Virus record (IMG/VR): IMGVR_UViG_3300020207_000005
From: an uncultured virus (IMG/VR IMGVR_UViG_3300020207_000005)
Lineage: Duplodnaviria; Heunggongvirae; Uroviricota; Caudoviricetes
Reading direction: 5' to 3' (one strand)
DNA: 57,521 nt
Under the pieces are notes generated by a model. The model saw nothing but the letters and a program-made list of their open reading frames with translations, searched no databases and was not told the DNA's origin. Numbering within the stretch: position 1 is the stretch's first letter; the number at the start of each line of letters is the position of its first letter. A program made the position numbers and the translations under genes. This document shows positions 30,743 through 40,170 of the stretch, one piece after another.

Positions 30743-30779
30743 TTTTGTCACCTTTTTGTCACACACATGTAACATTTGA

Positions 30780-30809
30780 TATAAATAAAGTATATACAAA
30801 ATATTTATA
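30780..30809. promoter_or_regulatory. Face-to-face late promoters flanking a GTATATAC palindrome
   Basis: TATAAATA + at 30780-30787; TATAAATA - at 30802-30809; GTATATAC at 30790-30797. Confidence 0.65.
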
Positions 30810-30820
30810 GGAGAAATACA

Positions 30821-30904
30821 ATGCTATACGATTTATTTAAAAAATTCGACGAATTAATGAAGTCTGGCGATTTATTAACAGTCTCTGAAAAGTTCTTGGC
30901 TTAA
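30821..30904 (+). CDS. Unannotated 27-aa peptide MLYDLFKKFDELMKSGDLLTVSEKFLA
   Basis: Strong SD (TAGGAG-aaataca-ATG), upstream TATAAATA, amphipathic helix pattern; stop overlaps the dUTPase stop. Confidence 0.65.
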   Translation: MLYDLFKKFDELMKSGDLLTVSEKFLA

Positions 30905-31416
30905 TCTCCAGTACTTCCTATCCCACCTTCTCTATCAGTTTTCTGAGAAGGTGGTTTATCGGTCTCCCGTATTTCTGTTTCTAAATTTCTTTCCAACTTA
31001 CACTGCGCTAACCTTTCACCACTATTAATACGTACAATAGCATCTGAAATATTAGTCACTAAAATATGTGTTTCGTCTACGTAATCACTATCAATAATAC
31101 CAACACCATTTGTTAATGCTAATCCCTTTTTAGCTGCCACACTACTACGAATATACATTTTCAATACGTGATTTTCGGGAATGTCGAATATTAAACCTGT
31201 TGGTATAAATGCTCTATGAGCTGGATGAAGAAGGAATGATACTTCTTGTTGAATTTCTTTTGTTAATACTTCAACCTCTTTATTGACTGGATTGAAGCAA
31301 CGAATCTTTTGTCCTGATTTAAAATAAGATTTAATGTCAAAACATGCTGACCCTTCAGTAGCGAGGGTAGGGATATCGATTTGAGAGTTCTTTCTATAAA
31401 CTGATAATAAACTCAT
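30901..31416 (-). CDS. dut: dUTPase (trimeric)
   Basis: GSACFDI, RSS, GIIDSDY, GERLAQ and REGGIGSTG motifs. Confidence 0.93.
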   Translation of the reverse strand: MSLLSVYRKNSQIDIPTLATEGSACFDIKSYFKSGQKIRCFNPVNKEVEVLTKEIQQEVSFLLHPAHRAFIPTGLIFDIPENHVLKMYIRSSVAAKKGLALTNGVGIIDSDYVDETHILVTNISDAIVRINSGERLAQCKLERNLETEIRETDKPPSQKTDREGGIGSTGD

Positions 31417-31525
31417 TATGTATTCAAATTCCTATTCAACCGTTTCTAGGATTCTGTGCCTGTTTTATTCTTTCCTTCTTTTCTTTTTCTGAAGTAGAAG
31501 GTTGTTGCACCTGCCTAATCATTAT

Positions 31526-31554
31526 ATTATAACACATTCTATTTAGAATGTCAA
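31526..31554 (-). promoter_or_regulatory. Sigma70-type early promoter (dut)
   Basis: TTGACA-17 bp-TATAAT with TGn extended -10. Confidence 0.85.
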
Positions 31555-31959
31555 CTATTTCTTACCAATATTATATTTTACTGTAAGGTCCCATTCGTCT
31601 TTCTCTTTAAAAGCGATAATCTTTATCTGATTAAGAGAAGCAACGGGCTCTTTAGTTTTAGAAGGGTCGACAATTTTAATTAATTCCCACTCTTCTAATA
31701 GGTTAACAATCGTATTACGTCTTGCGTGGTCTTCTTCTGTAAACGTATTATGCTTACCATCTAAGATAAACAATTCTTTAAAATGTAGAATCGAATATCT
31801 ACCTTGCTTATGAAGAATATGGCATGACTGAAATAACTTCTTTTCTTTACGAGAAGAGATTCCAATACGAGTTAGTGTCTCTTTGATTTTTAGAAAGGAG
31901 TCTGGTGTTGGTAAAGTAACTTCTACACCCACTCCTCTGAAAATGTCTTCGTTTTCCAT
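31555..31959 (-). CDS. regA: Translational repressor RegA
   Basis: FLKIKETLTRIGISS...LFQSCHILHKQGRY.I.HFKELF.LDG. Confidence 0.95.
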   Translation of the reverse strand: MENEDIFRGVGVEVTLPTPDSFLKIKETLTRIGISSRKEKKLFQSCHILHKQGRYSILHFKELFILDGKHNTFTEEDHARRNTIVNLLEEWELIKIVDPSKTKEPVASLNQIKIIAFKEKDEWDLTVKYNIGKK

Positions 31960-32037
31960 GATTTATATTCACCTTTATAATTTTACTTGTGGCATGGTAT
32001 ATAACCATATTATAACCTTATTTATTAATAAGGAAAC

Positions 32038-32430
32038 TTAGCCACCAGTGATAAGCTTATCATGTACCGTTTGAAGTTCTTCTTTAGATAACACTTTCAA
32101 ATATTGCTTTGCTACAGTCCTATTACACTGATACACTTCTTGTATCGCATCAAGGTCATTACTCTTTTCTGCTTTATGCCATTTTGAAAATCTTTTTCTT
32201 TTTCTTAGTACAGAGCGGTAATAATCGAATTGAGCACCAAGGAACAATTCATGACGTTGATTCATTTCATTTGCGTGTAATATAGTATCTTCGAAGTTTG
32301 CGAAACCTCGATTGACGATGTATGCGTTATATTGTTTTTCAGTTATATCTGGATTTTCACTATTACGAATTACATCTTCCTTACTGAAAGAAGCTGCATT
32401 CATAAAATCAAACGGACTTATTTCTTTCAC
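32038..32430 (-). CDS. gp62: Clamp loader small subunit gp62
   Basis: YNAYIVNRG...ANEMN...QFDYY...RKRKRFSKW. Confidence 0.9.
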   Translation of the reverse strand: MKEISPFDFMNAASFSKEDVIRNSENPDITEKQYNAYIVNRGFANFEDTILHANEMNQRHELFLGAQFDYYRSVLRKRKRFSKWHKAEKSNDLDAIQEVYQCNRTVAKQYLKVLSKEELQTVHDKLITGG

Positions 32431-32608
32431 TTATTACGTCCTCTAATTCAATCATGATTTTGTCAAAGTCTTTAGCACATTCTTCACACATTAAAACCTG
32501 ATGTGGTCCTTCTAATGTTTCCAGCTTTATCGTATATTCTTCACCTCCTTTTATACGACAAGCACAGTTAAAACATTTCTTTCCGTTACTTAATATGTTG
32601 AGTGCCAT
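32408..32608 (-). CDS. Small zinc-finger hypothetical protein
   Basis: CFNC...CEEC; overlaps both neighbours in the operon. Confidence 0.65.
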   Translation of the reverse strand: MALNILSNGKKCFNCACRIKGGEEYTIKLETLEGPHQVLMCEECAKDFDKIMIELEDVISERNKSV

Positions 32609-33558
32609 TAGACGAATTCCGATTCAATCATTACCTCTGTTAAAAAGGCAACCATGTTAATTTCTTGGTCAGCTACAAAATTACTTTTATACATGTAATC
32701 TGCAAGGGTGACGATAAAACCTGGTTGCGTTCTAAATTCTACTTTATCTGATGCCATGTCATAAAATCTACGAAACATTTCATTCATGTCTTGGTCAGAA
32801 TTTCTTGCAACCCATTTGCGCATTTCAGTAAAGTTTTTAGCTTTTAAGAATGTAAAGAGTTCGTCAATAGATTCTTGTTTTAAATTAACAAAGATACCTT
32901 CGTCAATTTTACCTGATGCTGCATAGGATTGTAATTCAGTTAATACTCTACGAAAATCTGGGAAATGTTTTTCAATAACTTTTGCTACGACAGCTTTGTC
33001 ATATTGTACATTTTCGTTTTCGAGAATATTGATAACTCGCTTAAAGAACTGCATTGCGAGTTGTGGTCTTTCTTCTTGTGCAATTGTAAAGTCCACTTCA
33101 GAAAGACGAGAGCGAAGTGGAGAGATGATTCTATTCTTAAAATTACAAGTAAAGATAAATCCACAGTTAGCGGAGTATTCTTCAATAAAATTACGAAGAG
33201 CAGGTTGAACATTTGCTGCGTTCAAATAATCTGCTTCATCAAATATTACATACTTTCGACCTGTACCTGTGAGAGATACGGCAGATGCGAAAGTTGAAAT
33301 GTCATATCGAATAGAATCGATGTTAACGTTAAGCGAACCATTTTTAATAATGTAATCACAACCGAGTTCTTCAAGCATTGCTTTTGCGATTGTTGTTTTA
33401 CCTACACCTGGTCCACCAGTTAATAAGAGATTGGGAACACTTTCGTCTGATACAAATTTGCGAAAAGTGTTTTTCATAGTTTCAGGAAGAATAGTATCCT
33501 CAATATTTTGAGGACGATACTTTTCTACCCAAAGTACTTCATTTGTTTTTGTTTCCAT
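32608..33558 (-). CDS. gp44: Clamp loader AAA+ subunit gp44
   Basis: LWVEKYRP, GGPGVGKTT, DEAD and HFPDFRR motifs. Confidence 0.95.
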   Translation of the reverse strand: METKTNEVLWVEKYRPQNIEDTILPETMKNTFRKFVSDESVPNLLLTGGPGVGKTTIAKAMLEELGCDYIIKNGSLNVNIDSIRYDISTFASAVSLTGTGRKYVIFDEADYLNAANVQPALRNFIEEYSANCGFIFTCNFKNRIISPLRSRLSEVDFTIAQEERPQLAMQFFKRVINILENENVQYDKAVVAKVIEKHFPDFRRVLTELQSYAASGKIDEGIFVNLKQESIDELFTFLKAKNFTEMRKWVARNSDQDMNEMFRRFYDMASDKVEFRTQPGFIVTLADYMYKSNFVADQEINMVAFLTEVMIESEFV

Positions 33559-33595
33559 AGGTCACCATATTCATAATATAAAAGTTGAGATAAAG

Positions 33596-33627
33596 GGCGG
33601 GGACTGGTTTATGGCCAAGTCCCCTGT
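33596..33627 (-). terminator. GC-rich intergenic hairpin upstream of gp44 (terminator/processing/stability element)
   Basis: GGGGACT (33599-33605) / AGTCCCC (33618-33624) inverted repeat; only a short T tract follows. Confidence 0.45.
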
Positions 33628-33651
33628 TCTCGAGAAAGAGCGTAGTTGTTA

Positions 33652-33951
33652 TTAATCAACTACTTTATCAGCCAAGGGACCTTCAGCTGGCAAATCTACA
33701 TCCACTTCTTGAGCGCCGACACCGTCGAGTTGCTCTTGTTGTGGTGCATTTTGACGTAAGAATGCTTCGATTTTATTTCTTAGCATACCTACACCTGCCA
33801 GTTCGTTTCCTTGGAACCCGCCACGTTGAGAGACAATGTCAATCAATTGTAAGACGGTAGACAAGTCATTAAGAGTAATCTTAACTTCTTGTTGCTGTTG
33901 GGGCTGTTGGCCACCAAAGTTTCCATTTACTGGTTCATTCATATTAATCAC
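33652..33951 (-). CDS. Hypothetical protein conserved in T4-like phages
   Basis: ITLNDL...IDIVSQRGGFQGNELAGVG.LR motif. Confidence 0.75.
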   Translation of the reverse strand: MINMNEPVNGNFGGQQPQQQQEVKITLNDLSTVLQLIDIVSQRGGFQGNELAGVGMLRNKIEAFLRQNAPQQEQLDGVGAQEVDVDLPAEGPLADKVVD

Positions 33952-34610
33952 CTTTTATTATAAGTCGACTTTGAATCAATAGCCACATAATATGTGACAC
34001 CTTGACCTTTAAATTCTGAGATACCTTTTGAACAAAGTGTAACCTCATAATCTAAAGGCATTAACTTCAAGTTATCAGTTTTGATAATAATCTTGAAGTC
34101 ATCGTCAGTCTCACCGATTTCAACGCCAAAGTCATCTGCGTTTTCGTTCGTACTGTCGATTGCTTTCAGATAACACTTGCCACTTTCGCCAACAAATGCG
34201 ATTTCTGAAAATTGGAGTACCCCTGCTGCCTTCAATACAGAAGACAAGTCTCCGTTTGATACACTCACTTGAACATCTGCCGAAGGAAGAGAAATTTCTT
34301 TTTCCGGCGGGGTATGTATCATAGAGATATCGGCGTAGACGTACTTAGTTCTACGTTTACCTTCAGAGATAATAAAGTATTTATCTCCAAACTCAACGTC
34401 TGGGTCATTATAAAGACTTAAAATTGAAAGAAATCTTGATAAGTCATATACACAAGCTTCGCTTGGAATCTCATCTGGGATTTCTGCAATAGCAATCAAA
34501 GTCTTTTCTGGAGTGATGGTTTTCAAAATATTACCTTCTTTCATCAAAATTGATTTGTTGATTGCGGTAAAACTTTTGAGAACACTCAATGTTTCATTCG
34601 AAAATTTCAT
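33948..34610 (-). CDS. gp45: Sliding clamp gp45
   Basis: MKFSNETLSVLKSFTAINKSI...YDLSRFL; upstream of gp44/62. Confidence 0.93.
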   Translation of the reverse strand: MKFSNETLSVLKSFTAINKSILMKEGNILKTITPEKTLIAIAEIPDEIPSEACVYDLSRFLSILSLYNDPDVEFGDKYFIISEGKRRTKYVYADISMIHTPPEKEISLPSADVQVSVSNGDLSSVLKAAGVLQFSEIAFVGESGKCYLKAIDSTNENADDFGVEIGETDDDFKIIIKTDNLKLMPLDYEVTLCSKGISEFKGQGVTYYVAIDSKSTYNKR

Positions 34611-34644
34611 AATATAGATTCTCCGATGTTAATATTACTGGTAT

Positions 34645-34673
34645 ATTATATACCAAGTTGGTTGCGTTGTCAA
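34645..34673 (-). promoter_or_regulatory. Sigma70-type promoter (gp45 operon)
   Basis: TTGACA 34673-34668, 17 bp spacer, TATAAT 34650-34645. Confidence 0.85.
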
Positions 34674-34681
34674 CTGTTATT

Positions 34682-35536
34682 TTACTTTTTATACGCTTTT
34701 TTGTTAGAAGAAGCATTAGCAGTAGGGGAAGCGCCTAGTTGACCTAGTGCTGCCATATTACCTTTGAAAATATAAGTTCCAACATGGTTTATCTGCATCC
34801 AAGGACACATCCAAACTGAGAGTCCTATGTCTCTTGCTTTATGACAAAAGAAATAATCCTCTGACAAGTACCTATTCGTTTGTGGGTCGATTACACAATC
34901 AAAGAATGCTGTAATCTTTCTTGACCCATCAAAGTTATCAGTACGTGCATGGTCTGGTTTGTATTGAAGTTCAGGATAAGCATCACGATATTTTTCTAAT
35001 GCTGACCTTGGGATAAGCATAAATCCTGTCCCGGCTTCTTGAACTTCAACGGGTTCTGATACTTTAAATTCTTTAGTTCCTTTTACAGGATTAAAGACAA
35101 AGTCTGATGTGAATTGTTCCAAATTAAATGGATTCTCTTTATGAAATCCTCTATCAGCTGCTTGAGCAATCTTTTCCCAAGCGATAGTTTTCTTTGGATA
35201 AGGACCTGTTACAATATCGTATTTTTCTGGGTCCTGTGTTTGAATACCTAAAAGTGCTAGAGCATCTCTAGGATTGAAACCAATATCACTATCAATAAAC
35301 AATAAGTGAGTACAATCACTTCTCATAAACTCATCAACGACATAGTTACGAGCTCTTTGTACTAGACTCTCATTGAATAAGAAATAGTATTTAATTGGTA
35401 TTCCATATTGAGTACATAACATACTCAAATCATTAGTTGATTTTGTAAATAGTCCAGAACATTGACCACCATACATTGGTGCGCCAACGAACAACTTATA
35501 ATCTCTTAAATTTTCTACTGGTATTTTTATTTCCAT
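34682..35536 (-). CDS. GT-A fold glycosyltransferase-like protein
   Basis: PMYGG, ESLVQRARN, THLLFIDSDIGF (DxD), GTGFMLI and YLSEDYFFC motifs. Confidence 0.75.
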   Translation of the reverse strand: MEIKIPVENLRDYKLFVGAPMYGGQCSGLFTKSTNDLSMLCTQYGIPIKYYFLFNESLVQRARNYVVDEFMRSDCTHLLFIDSDIGFNPRDALALLGIQTQDPEKYDIVTGPYPKKTIAWEKIAQAADRGFHKENPFNLEQFTSDFVFNPVKGTKEFKVSEPVEVQEAGTGFMLIPRSALEKYRDAYPELQYKPDHARTDNFDGSRKITAFFDCVIDPQTNRYLSEDYFFCHKARDIGLSVWMCPWMQINHVGTYIFKGNMAALGQLGASPTANASSNKKAYKK

Positions 35537-35546
35537 AATATAATCC

Positions 35547-36149
35547 TTAATCTAAATCAAATTCTGCTCTATGAATTAGTTGCATTCTTAATACATCAAT
35601 AAGTATATCCCATGAACTATCATGTGCTTTAAACGCTTCGTCCCACTCAGGAATTGTAAATCCATTTTTCTTAGGAAAGTTTAATTTTGCATCAATCCAC
35701 GTACGGGTGTCACGTACGAGATAATATTTACAATACTCATATAAGTGTTGTTTCTTTCCTTGTGAATCGAATAGTCTTGTTAAAATTACTGGGTCGAAAG
35801 CGTTACTACGACTCCACCAGTATTTTATGTTTGAATCAATAATAAAATCGTGAAACTCATTTACGAATTCTTTTACTGTTAAATCTGTTGGTTGTGGTTT
35901 TACTTTATCACGTACTTCTTTGTCTTGTTGTTGCCAAAATTCAATTACAGAATTTTCAACCTTATAGTTATAATTTTCTACTTGGTCTTTTACTGAGAGC
36001 TTCCATCTTTTAACGTTCTGTACGTCTTTTAAAGTATATGGACGAGTTTCGAATCTATCCCAATCAAAAACAAATGCTGATACATCGACAACCGCACAGT
36101 CAATAGGTTCTGTACCCATTGTCTCAAAATCAAAAATCATGTGTTTCAT
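35547..36149 (-). CDS. dexA: 3'-5' exonuclease, DexA-like (DEDDh)
   Basis: IFDFETMG, WSRSNAFD, RDTRT and HDSSWD motifs. Confidence 0.8.
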   Translation of the reverse strand: MKHMIFDFETMGTEPIDCAVVDVSAFVFDWDRFETRPYTLKDVQNVKRWKLSVKDQVENYNYKVENSVIEFWQQQDKEVRDKVKPQPTDLTVKEFVNEFHDFIIDSNIKYWWSRSNAFDPVILTRLFDSQGKKQHLYEYCKYYLVRDTRTWIDAKLNFPKKNGFTIPEWDEAFKAHDSSWDILIDVLRMQLIHRAEFDLD

Positions 36150-37339
36150 ATAAAAGCCTCAAGTGTATCGCATTTTTCTACGTAGTTATTTTTCTGTTGA
36201 TGATTATACTGAACTACGTAATCAGTATCAACCATTTGTAATTTACCCTCTAAGTATTTCTTTACTTCCGTAGCCATGTCTCGGGCTGTTTGTACGGGTA
36301 CGTTTTGACAGATGTGGTTCGCCGATTTTTTGGGGTTGAGTAATTCAAAATCGTTAGGTAATCCCATAATCGCCATAGCTTCGCGATAATTAATATACCT
36401 ATCATCATCAGGGTGAGTAAGACAAGTAGGATAGTGCCCAACAAAGGCACCAATATAATCCTTAGGAATAATCGTCCCACGTCGCATAATATTTCCGCCT
36501 GCTTTGAGTTTCTCATACTTGTAATTACACTTCTCGACTTCTTTTTCGTATCCATTTTGTTCCATCCATTCGCCGACTTGCTTGTAATCATAACCGCTAC
36601 GTTCTATATATGAAAACATGTCTTGTGCTCTTACTCTTTGTGGTTCAGCAATTTCAAAGAATTCTTTATGAGTAATTCCACCATGTATATGGTCTAATAC
36701 AAACTTATAATAAAGGTCATCTTTACTTGGAGTTTTTGGATTGATTGGGTCAGTAAAACTATTTGAGCCTGCTACACTTCGAATAACATCTTCGATTTTA
36801 GTATGTTCTTTATTGTACCAACTTAAAAGAGGAGTACGTTCGTCTTTCCAAAAGAAATAGAATGAACGCTCTCGAATTTGTGGACCACCATGTAATAGTG
36901 ACCTTGTTCGATATACACTCATAGTATATCCGTTTTCTTTTCCAATCTGTTTTAGTTTGTTTCTTACTGTATCACCAATTTTACCTGCAAACCCTGGAGC
37001 ATTTTCTCCCCAAAATACTTTTGGTTTTACATTTTCAAGTACATGTCTTGCGGTAATTTCCATCCATTGGTTATTTGGATTATCATCACCAAATCCGTGG
37101 GATAGCTGAGATAGTCCAGCACATGGACATACAGAAGATACTACATCTACACTCTCAGAGGGATTCTCACCCTTATCTAGAACATAGTACGGAGTACCAC
37201 TATAGTAATTACGGGCATGAGCATCATTTGCTTCGAATGCCTCGTATGACATCATATACGTTGGCTTTTCACCAAACGCTAATTCTGAGCCAATAGTTTC
37301 ACCACCGATAAGTGGTACGATAGATGCGTGTTTAATCAT
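36146..37339 (-). CDS. DNA cytosine-C5 methyltransferase-like protein (atypical motif I)
   Basis: CPCAGLS (motif IV), ENAP (VI), PQIRERSF (VIII), R.INYREAMAIMGLP (IX), QNVP (X); motif I reads SIVPLIGG. Confidence 0.8.
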   Translation of the reverse strand: MIKHASIVPLIGGETIGSELAFGEKPTYMMSYEAFEANDAHARNYYSGTPYYVLDKGENPSESVDVVSSVCPCAGLSQLSHGFGDDNPNNQWMEITARHVLENVKPKVFWGENAPGFAGKIGDTVRNKLKQIGKENGYTMSVYRTRSLLHGGPQIRERSFYFFWKDERTPLLSWYNKEHTKIEDVIRSVAGSNSFTDPINPKTPSKDDLYYKFVLDHIHGGITHKEFFEIAEPQRVRAQDMFSYIERSGYDYKQVGEWMEQNGYEKEVEKCNYKYEKLKAGGNIMRRGTIIPKDYIGAFVGHYPTCLTHPDDDRYINYREAMAIMGLPNDFELLNPKKSANHICQNVPVQTARDMATEVKKYLEGKLQMVDTDYVVQYNHQQKNNYVEKCDTLEAFI

Positions 37340-38562
37340 ACAAAAAAATCCTCAAGGTCAACCTCACTAGAAATACGTTCTTCCATTCCATCTAATAGTG
37401 AAATTCTTTCTTCGACGTATTTAGTCACAGTAAAATATTTTAAAAGATTACGGCTTATGTTTCTCCTATCTTCAGGAGTCACCTTAATACTTTCGTCTAT
37501 AGCTTTATATATGTCATCTGCATCGTTGAAGTCTGCGGTATAGTGTTTAACATTAGCACGTAAAAGATATTCTGAGGTTGCGTGTATCATTTGTTGTGTG
37601 TGGTCTAATTGTTTAACTAAAATAACTGGAACTACTCCATAGATTCCAGCTTCAAATGCGGTATAACCAAATCCCTCATGAAAACAAGGTAGTATAATAC
37701 TTTGAGATGTTTTAATTGCTTCGAATAATTCTTCATCTGGAAGATTTTCCATATAAGCATTTGCTTTCTTTTGAAGATTTTCAAAGTATCTTCCAGTCTT
37801 ATCTCGTCTTGGGTCACGTACACCATAATGAACAATCGTGTTTTGTGGATTATTATATCCGTATACTTTGTGGTGGAACTTATCTGTAGAGTATCTTCCT
37901 ATGATTGCTGACTTATTCTCAACTTGTTCAATATCTTCAGATGTAACTTTTTCGTCAGTCCAAACAAAGTGTTCGATGAATCCATCAAAAGCATCATCAC
38001 CTCTTAATGGAATATCTTCATAACCAGCTTTAATGGCACGCTCATGAATGTCATTCATCTTTTGAATTGAGTAGTTTGAGTTCGTAGCAATATAACACAT
38101 ATTCCTATCTGTCTTTCTCATTCTACGAATAACATCACTGAATCCATAACACCACATTAAATCAATAACATCATGAATAATAAACATAATTCTTTTATTC
38201 TTGACGAGTTGATTGAGTGTAGTAATCATAGAAACACTATGACAATGAGCGATGATATAATCGTGGTCTTCAATTATATCCTTAACACTTTCTAAATATC
38301 TTTTAATATAGTGTCTACTAACACGAGAAGGATTCTTACCTTCTTTCATTGCTTGGTCTTTTGCACCAAGGGAGTTTACACCATAGTGCATGTATTCATA
38401 TCCTGGGTCTACTACTCTCCCACAATACATATAAGTTGTTTGATAACCTAATTTGCTGAAGGCTCTGGCATCAAGTTTAGAACTCTTTTGAAGTCCAGAA
38501 CGTACTACAGAACCATCGAAAGTTTCTGTGAGATTATCAATAACTAAAACTGATTTTTTCAT
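37336..38562 (-). CDS. GT-B glycosyltransferase, candidate DNA glycosyltransferase
   Basis: LPCFHEGFGYTAFEAGIYG (E-x7-E GT-B motif); next to dCMP-modifying genes. Start placed at ATG 38562. Confidence 0.78.
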   Translation of the reverse strand: MKKSVLVIDNLTETFDGSVVRSGLQKSSKLDARAFSKLGYQTTYMYCGRVVDPGYEYMHYGVNSLGAKDQAMKEGKNPSRVSRHYIKRYLESVKDIIEDHDYIIAHCHSVSMITTLNQLVKNKRIMFIIHDVIDLMWCYGFSDVIRRMRKTDRNMCYIATNSNYSIQKMNDIHERAIKAGYEDIPLRGDDAFDGFIEHFVWTDEKVTSEDIEQVENKSAIIGRYSTDKFHHKVYGYNNPQNTIVHYGVRDPRRDKTGRYFENLQKKANAYMENLPDEELFEAIKTSQSIILPCFHEGFGYTAFEAGIYGVVPVILVKQLDHTQQMIHATSEYLLRANVKHYTADFNDADDIYKAIDESIKVTPEDRRNISRNLLKYFTVTKYVEERISLLDGMEERISSEVDLEDFFV

Positions 38563-38570
38563 ACCCATAT

Positions 38571-38599
38571 ATTATACCATACTTTTATCTAAATGTCAA
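38571..38599 (-). promoter_or_regulatory. Sigma70-type promoter, probably giving a leaderless GT-B mRNA
   Basis: TTGACA-17-TATAAT with TGG extended -10; ATG 8 nt downstream of the -10 hexamer; no SD. Confidence 0.8.
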
Positions 38600-39050
38600 C
38601 AAAATCAACATCAATTAATGCTTCTCTAAATAACGAATGACTTAATTCCCAAGAATGAATCCACTTTTCTCTTGTCTCATCGACAAATCCCATAGAATCC
38701 ATTGAGGGCATTACAACTCGTTTTGTTCCTACTTGAATAACACCTTTAGCGCATTCACTACAAACGGGCAATCCCCATACATATAGCGTTGAATCTTTTA
38801 AAGTGATTCCGTGATATGTAGCATTATATATTGCGTTCTTCTCAGCATGTACTACATATGCATATTTGATATCTCTATCTAAATACCTATCTTCACTATC
38901 TCCAATACCTTGAGGAAACCCATTATAACCAGTTGCTAATATTCTACGTTCATCAGATACGAATACTGCACCAATTTTTTTAGATGGGTCTTTACTCCAA
39001 GTTGAGATTTCTCTCGCTATATTAAGGAATCTTGAATCCCATTTATACAT
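38589..39050 (-). CDS. cd: dCMP deaminase
   Basis: SKDPS..IGAV, TGYNG, HAEKNAI and PVCSECAK motifs. Confidence 0.92.
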   Translation of the reverse strand: MYKWDSRFLNIAREISTWSKDPSKKIGAVFVSDERRILATGYNGFPQGIGDSEDRYLDRDIKYAYVVHAEKNAIYNATYHGITLKDSTLYVWGLPVCSECAKGVIQVGTKRVVMPSMDSMGFVDETREKWIHSWELSHSLFREALIDVDFVDI

Positions 39051-39261
39051 AATAACTTTTCACTGTTTTAAATGCTTCAATGTGTTTTTGTATTTCAGCT
39101 AAATCTTCTTGAATGTTAGTTGAGAAATGAGCGTAGTTTAAACCACCATCGTCATTTGCTCTGTCTTCGAACGCTTCTTCGAAATGTTCAATTGCATTAT
39201 TAAGACTTTCAACCACAATTTCATCACATTGTTCATCTGTAACTTCAACCTTTATTGCCAT
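39043..39261 (-). CDS. Hypothetical protein
   Basis: 72 aa; in-operon overlap with both neighbours. Confidence 0.65.
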   Translation of the reverse strand: MAIKVEVTDEQCDEIVVESLNNAIEHFEEAFEDRANDDGGLNYAHFSTNIQEDLAEIQKHIEAFKTVKSYYV

Positions 39262-39916
39262 CAATATATTCCTGTATAAAATTAAAGTGTCTTTCGTATA
39301 CGTGAAAGTTAGAAGCGGTCCAAATTAATTCACCAACTTCAACACCTAAGTCATTTGCAAGTCTTTCTTGAACGTGTTTTGCCCAAGCATAATCATTATT
39401 ATAACCAAAGACTGCATCGTTTGAACGCATAATATAATGCGAAACTAATCTATTATTTCTGATATAGAACGTATTAGCATAAGTACACATAAAATCGTTC
39501 ATACCATTTTTGTTAAAATCAGTATGCATGCTTGGTCGATTATAAATCATTGTCGCACGTCTTGAGTTTGGATTAGACTTTAATTCTTGTTTTACTTTTT
39601 GGTATTGATTACCATTCTCATCAGAATAGATACACCAACCATAGTTTGAATTAATCTTACCTTCTTCAGATGAGATGTCTTTCCAAATTTGTGGAGTTTC
39701 ACCAGGGATGTCATCAACATACAGTGATTGCATTTCATACCAACGCAATTCACGTTTGATGTATTCATAAGCTGGTTTACGAATAACATAATCTTCATCA
39801 GCAATAAATGTGGCACCAATGACTTCAACAGTCTTAGCACCTGTTCTATCAATAACCCAATCACCTTGAAGAAAATCAGTTACGATTTGATTACGAATAT
39901 CTCTAACTCTTAACAT
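39245..39916 (-). CDS. gp42: dCMP hydroxymethylase (T4 gp42-like, thymidylate-synthase fold)
   Basis: INSNYGW, DFMCT, MRSNDAVFGYNNDYAW and HVYERHF motifs. Asp at the specificity position indicates dCMP rather than dUMP. Confidence 0.85.
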   Translation of the reverse strand: MLRVRDIRNQIVTDFLQGDWVIDRTGAKTVEVIGATFIADEDYVIRKPAYEYIKRELRWYEMQSLYVDDIPGETPQIWKDISSEEGKINSNYGWCIYSDENGNQYQKVKQELKSNPNSRRATMIYNRPSMHTDFNKNGMNDFMCTYANTFYIRNNRLVSHYIMRSNDAVFGYNNDYAWAKHVQERLANDLGVEVGELIWTASNFHVYERHFNFIQEYIDGNKG

Positions 39917-40170
39917 TAAATTGTTTCCAATAGTGTTTCAATATCATCTAGTTCAGCTACAACTGCTGGTAGATTTTGTTTATGATAAATCCTAGCCATT
40001 TTACGTAGAATATTTTTAGGAATATCTACATCGTCAGCTAAGGCATTAATTGCTTCTTTTTGAAAATCACGTTCGGCTTCTACTCTAGTAAATGAATTAC
40101 TCATTTCTTCCATAGCACCTTTAATTCTTTTCTTATCTTCATCACTTGAAGGTATAATCACATTACTCAT
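39916..40170 (-). CDS. dsDNA-binding protein (T4 DsbA/GapR-like)
   Basis: EMSNSFTRVEAERDFQKEAI...IPKNILRKMARIYHKQN. Confidence 0.65.
   Translation of the reverse strand: MSNVIIPSSDEDKKRIKGAMEEMSNSFTRVEAERDFQKEAINALADDVDIPKNILRKMARIYHKQNLPAVVAELDDIETLLETI

Noticed and set aside
31436..31522. 28-aa ORF MIRQVQQPSTSEKEKKERIKQAQNPRNG between the promoter and dut
   Set aside because: The ATG is only 3 nt after the -10 hexamer and has no SD, so it is probably upstream of +1. It fills the gap neatly and cannot be fully excluded.
39245..39916. Annotation as ordinary thymidylate synthase ThyA
   Set aside because: DFMCT and FGYNND (Asp) match the gp42 dCMP-specific type rather than the ThyA LPPC/GLPFN motifs.
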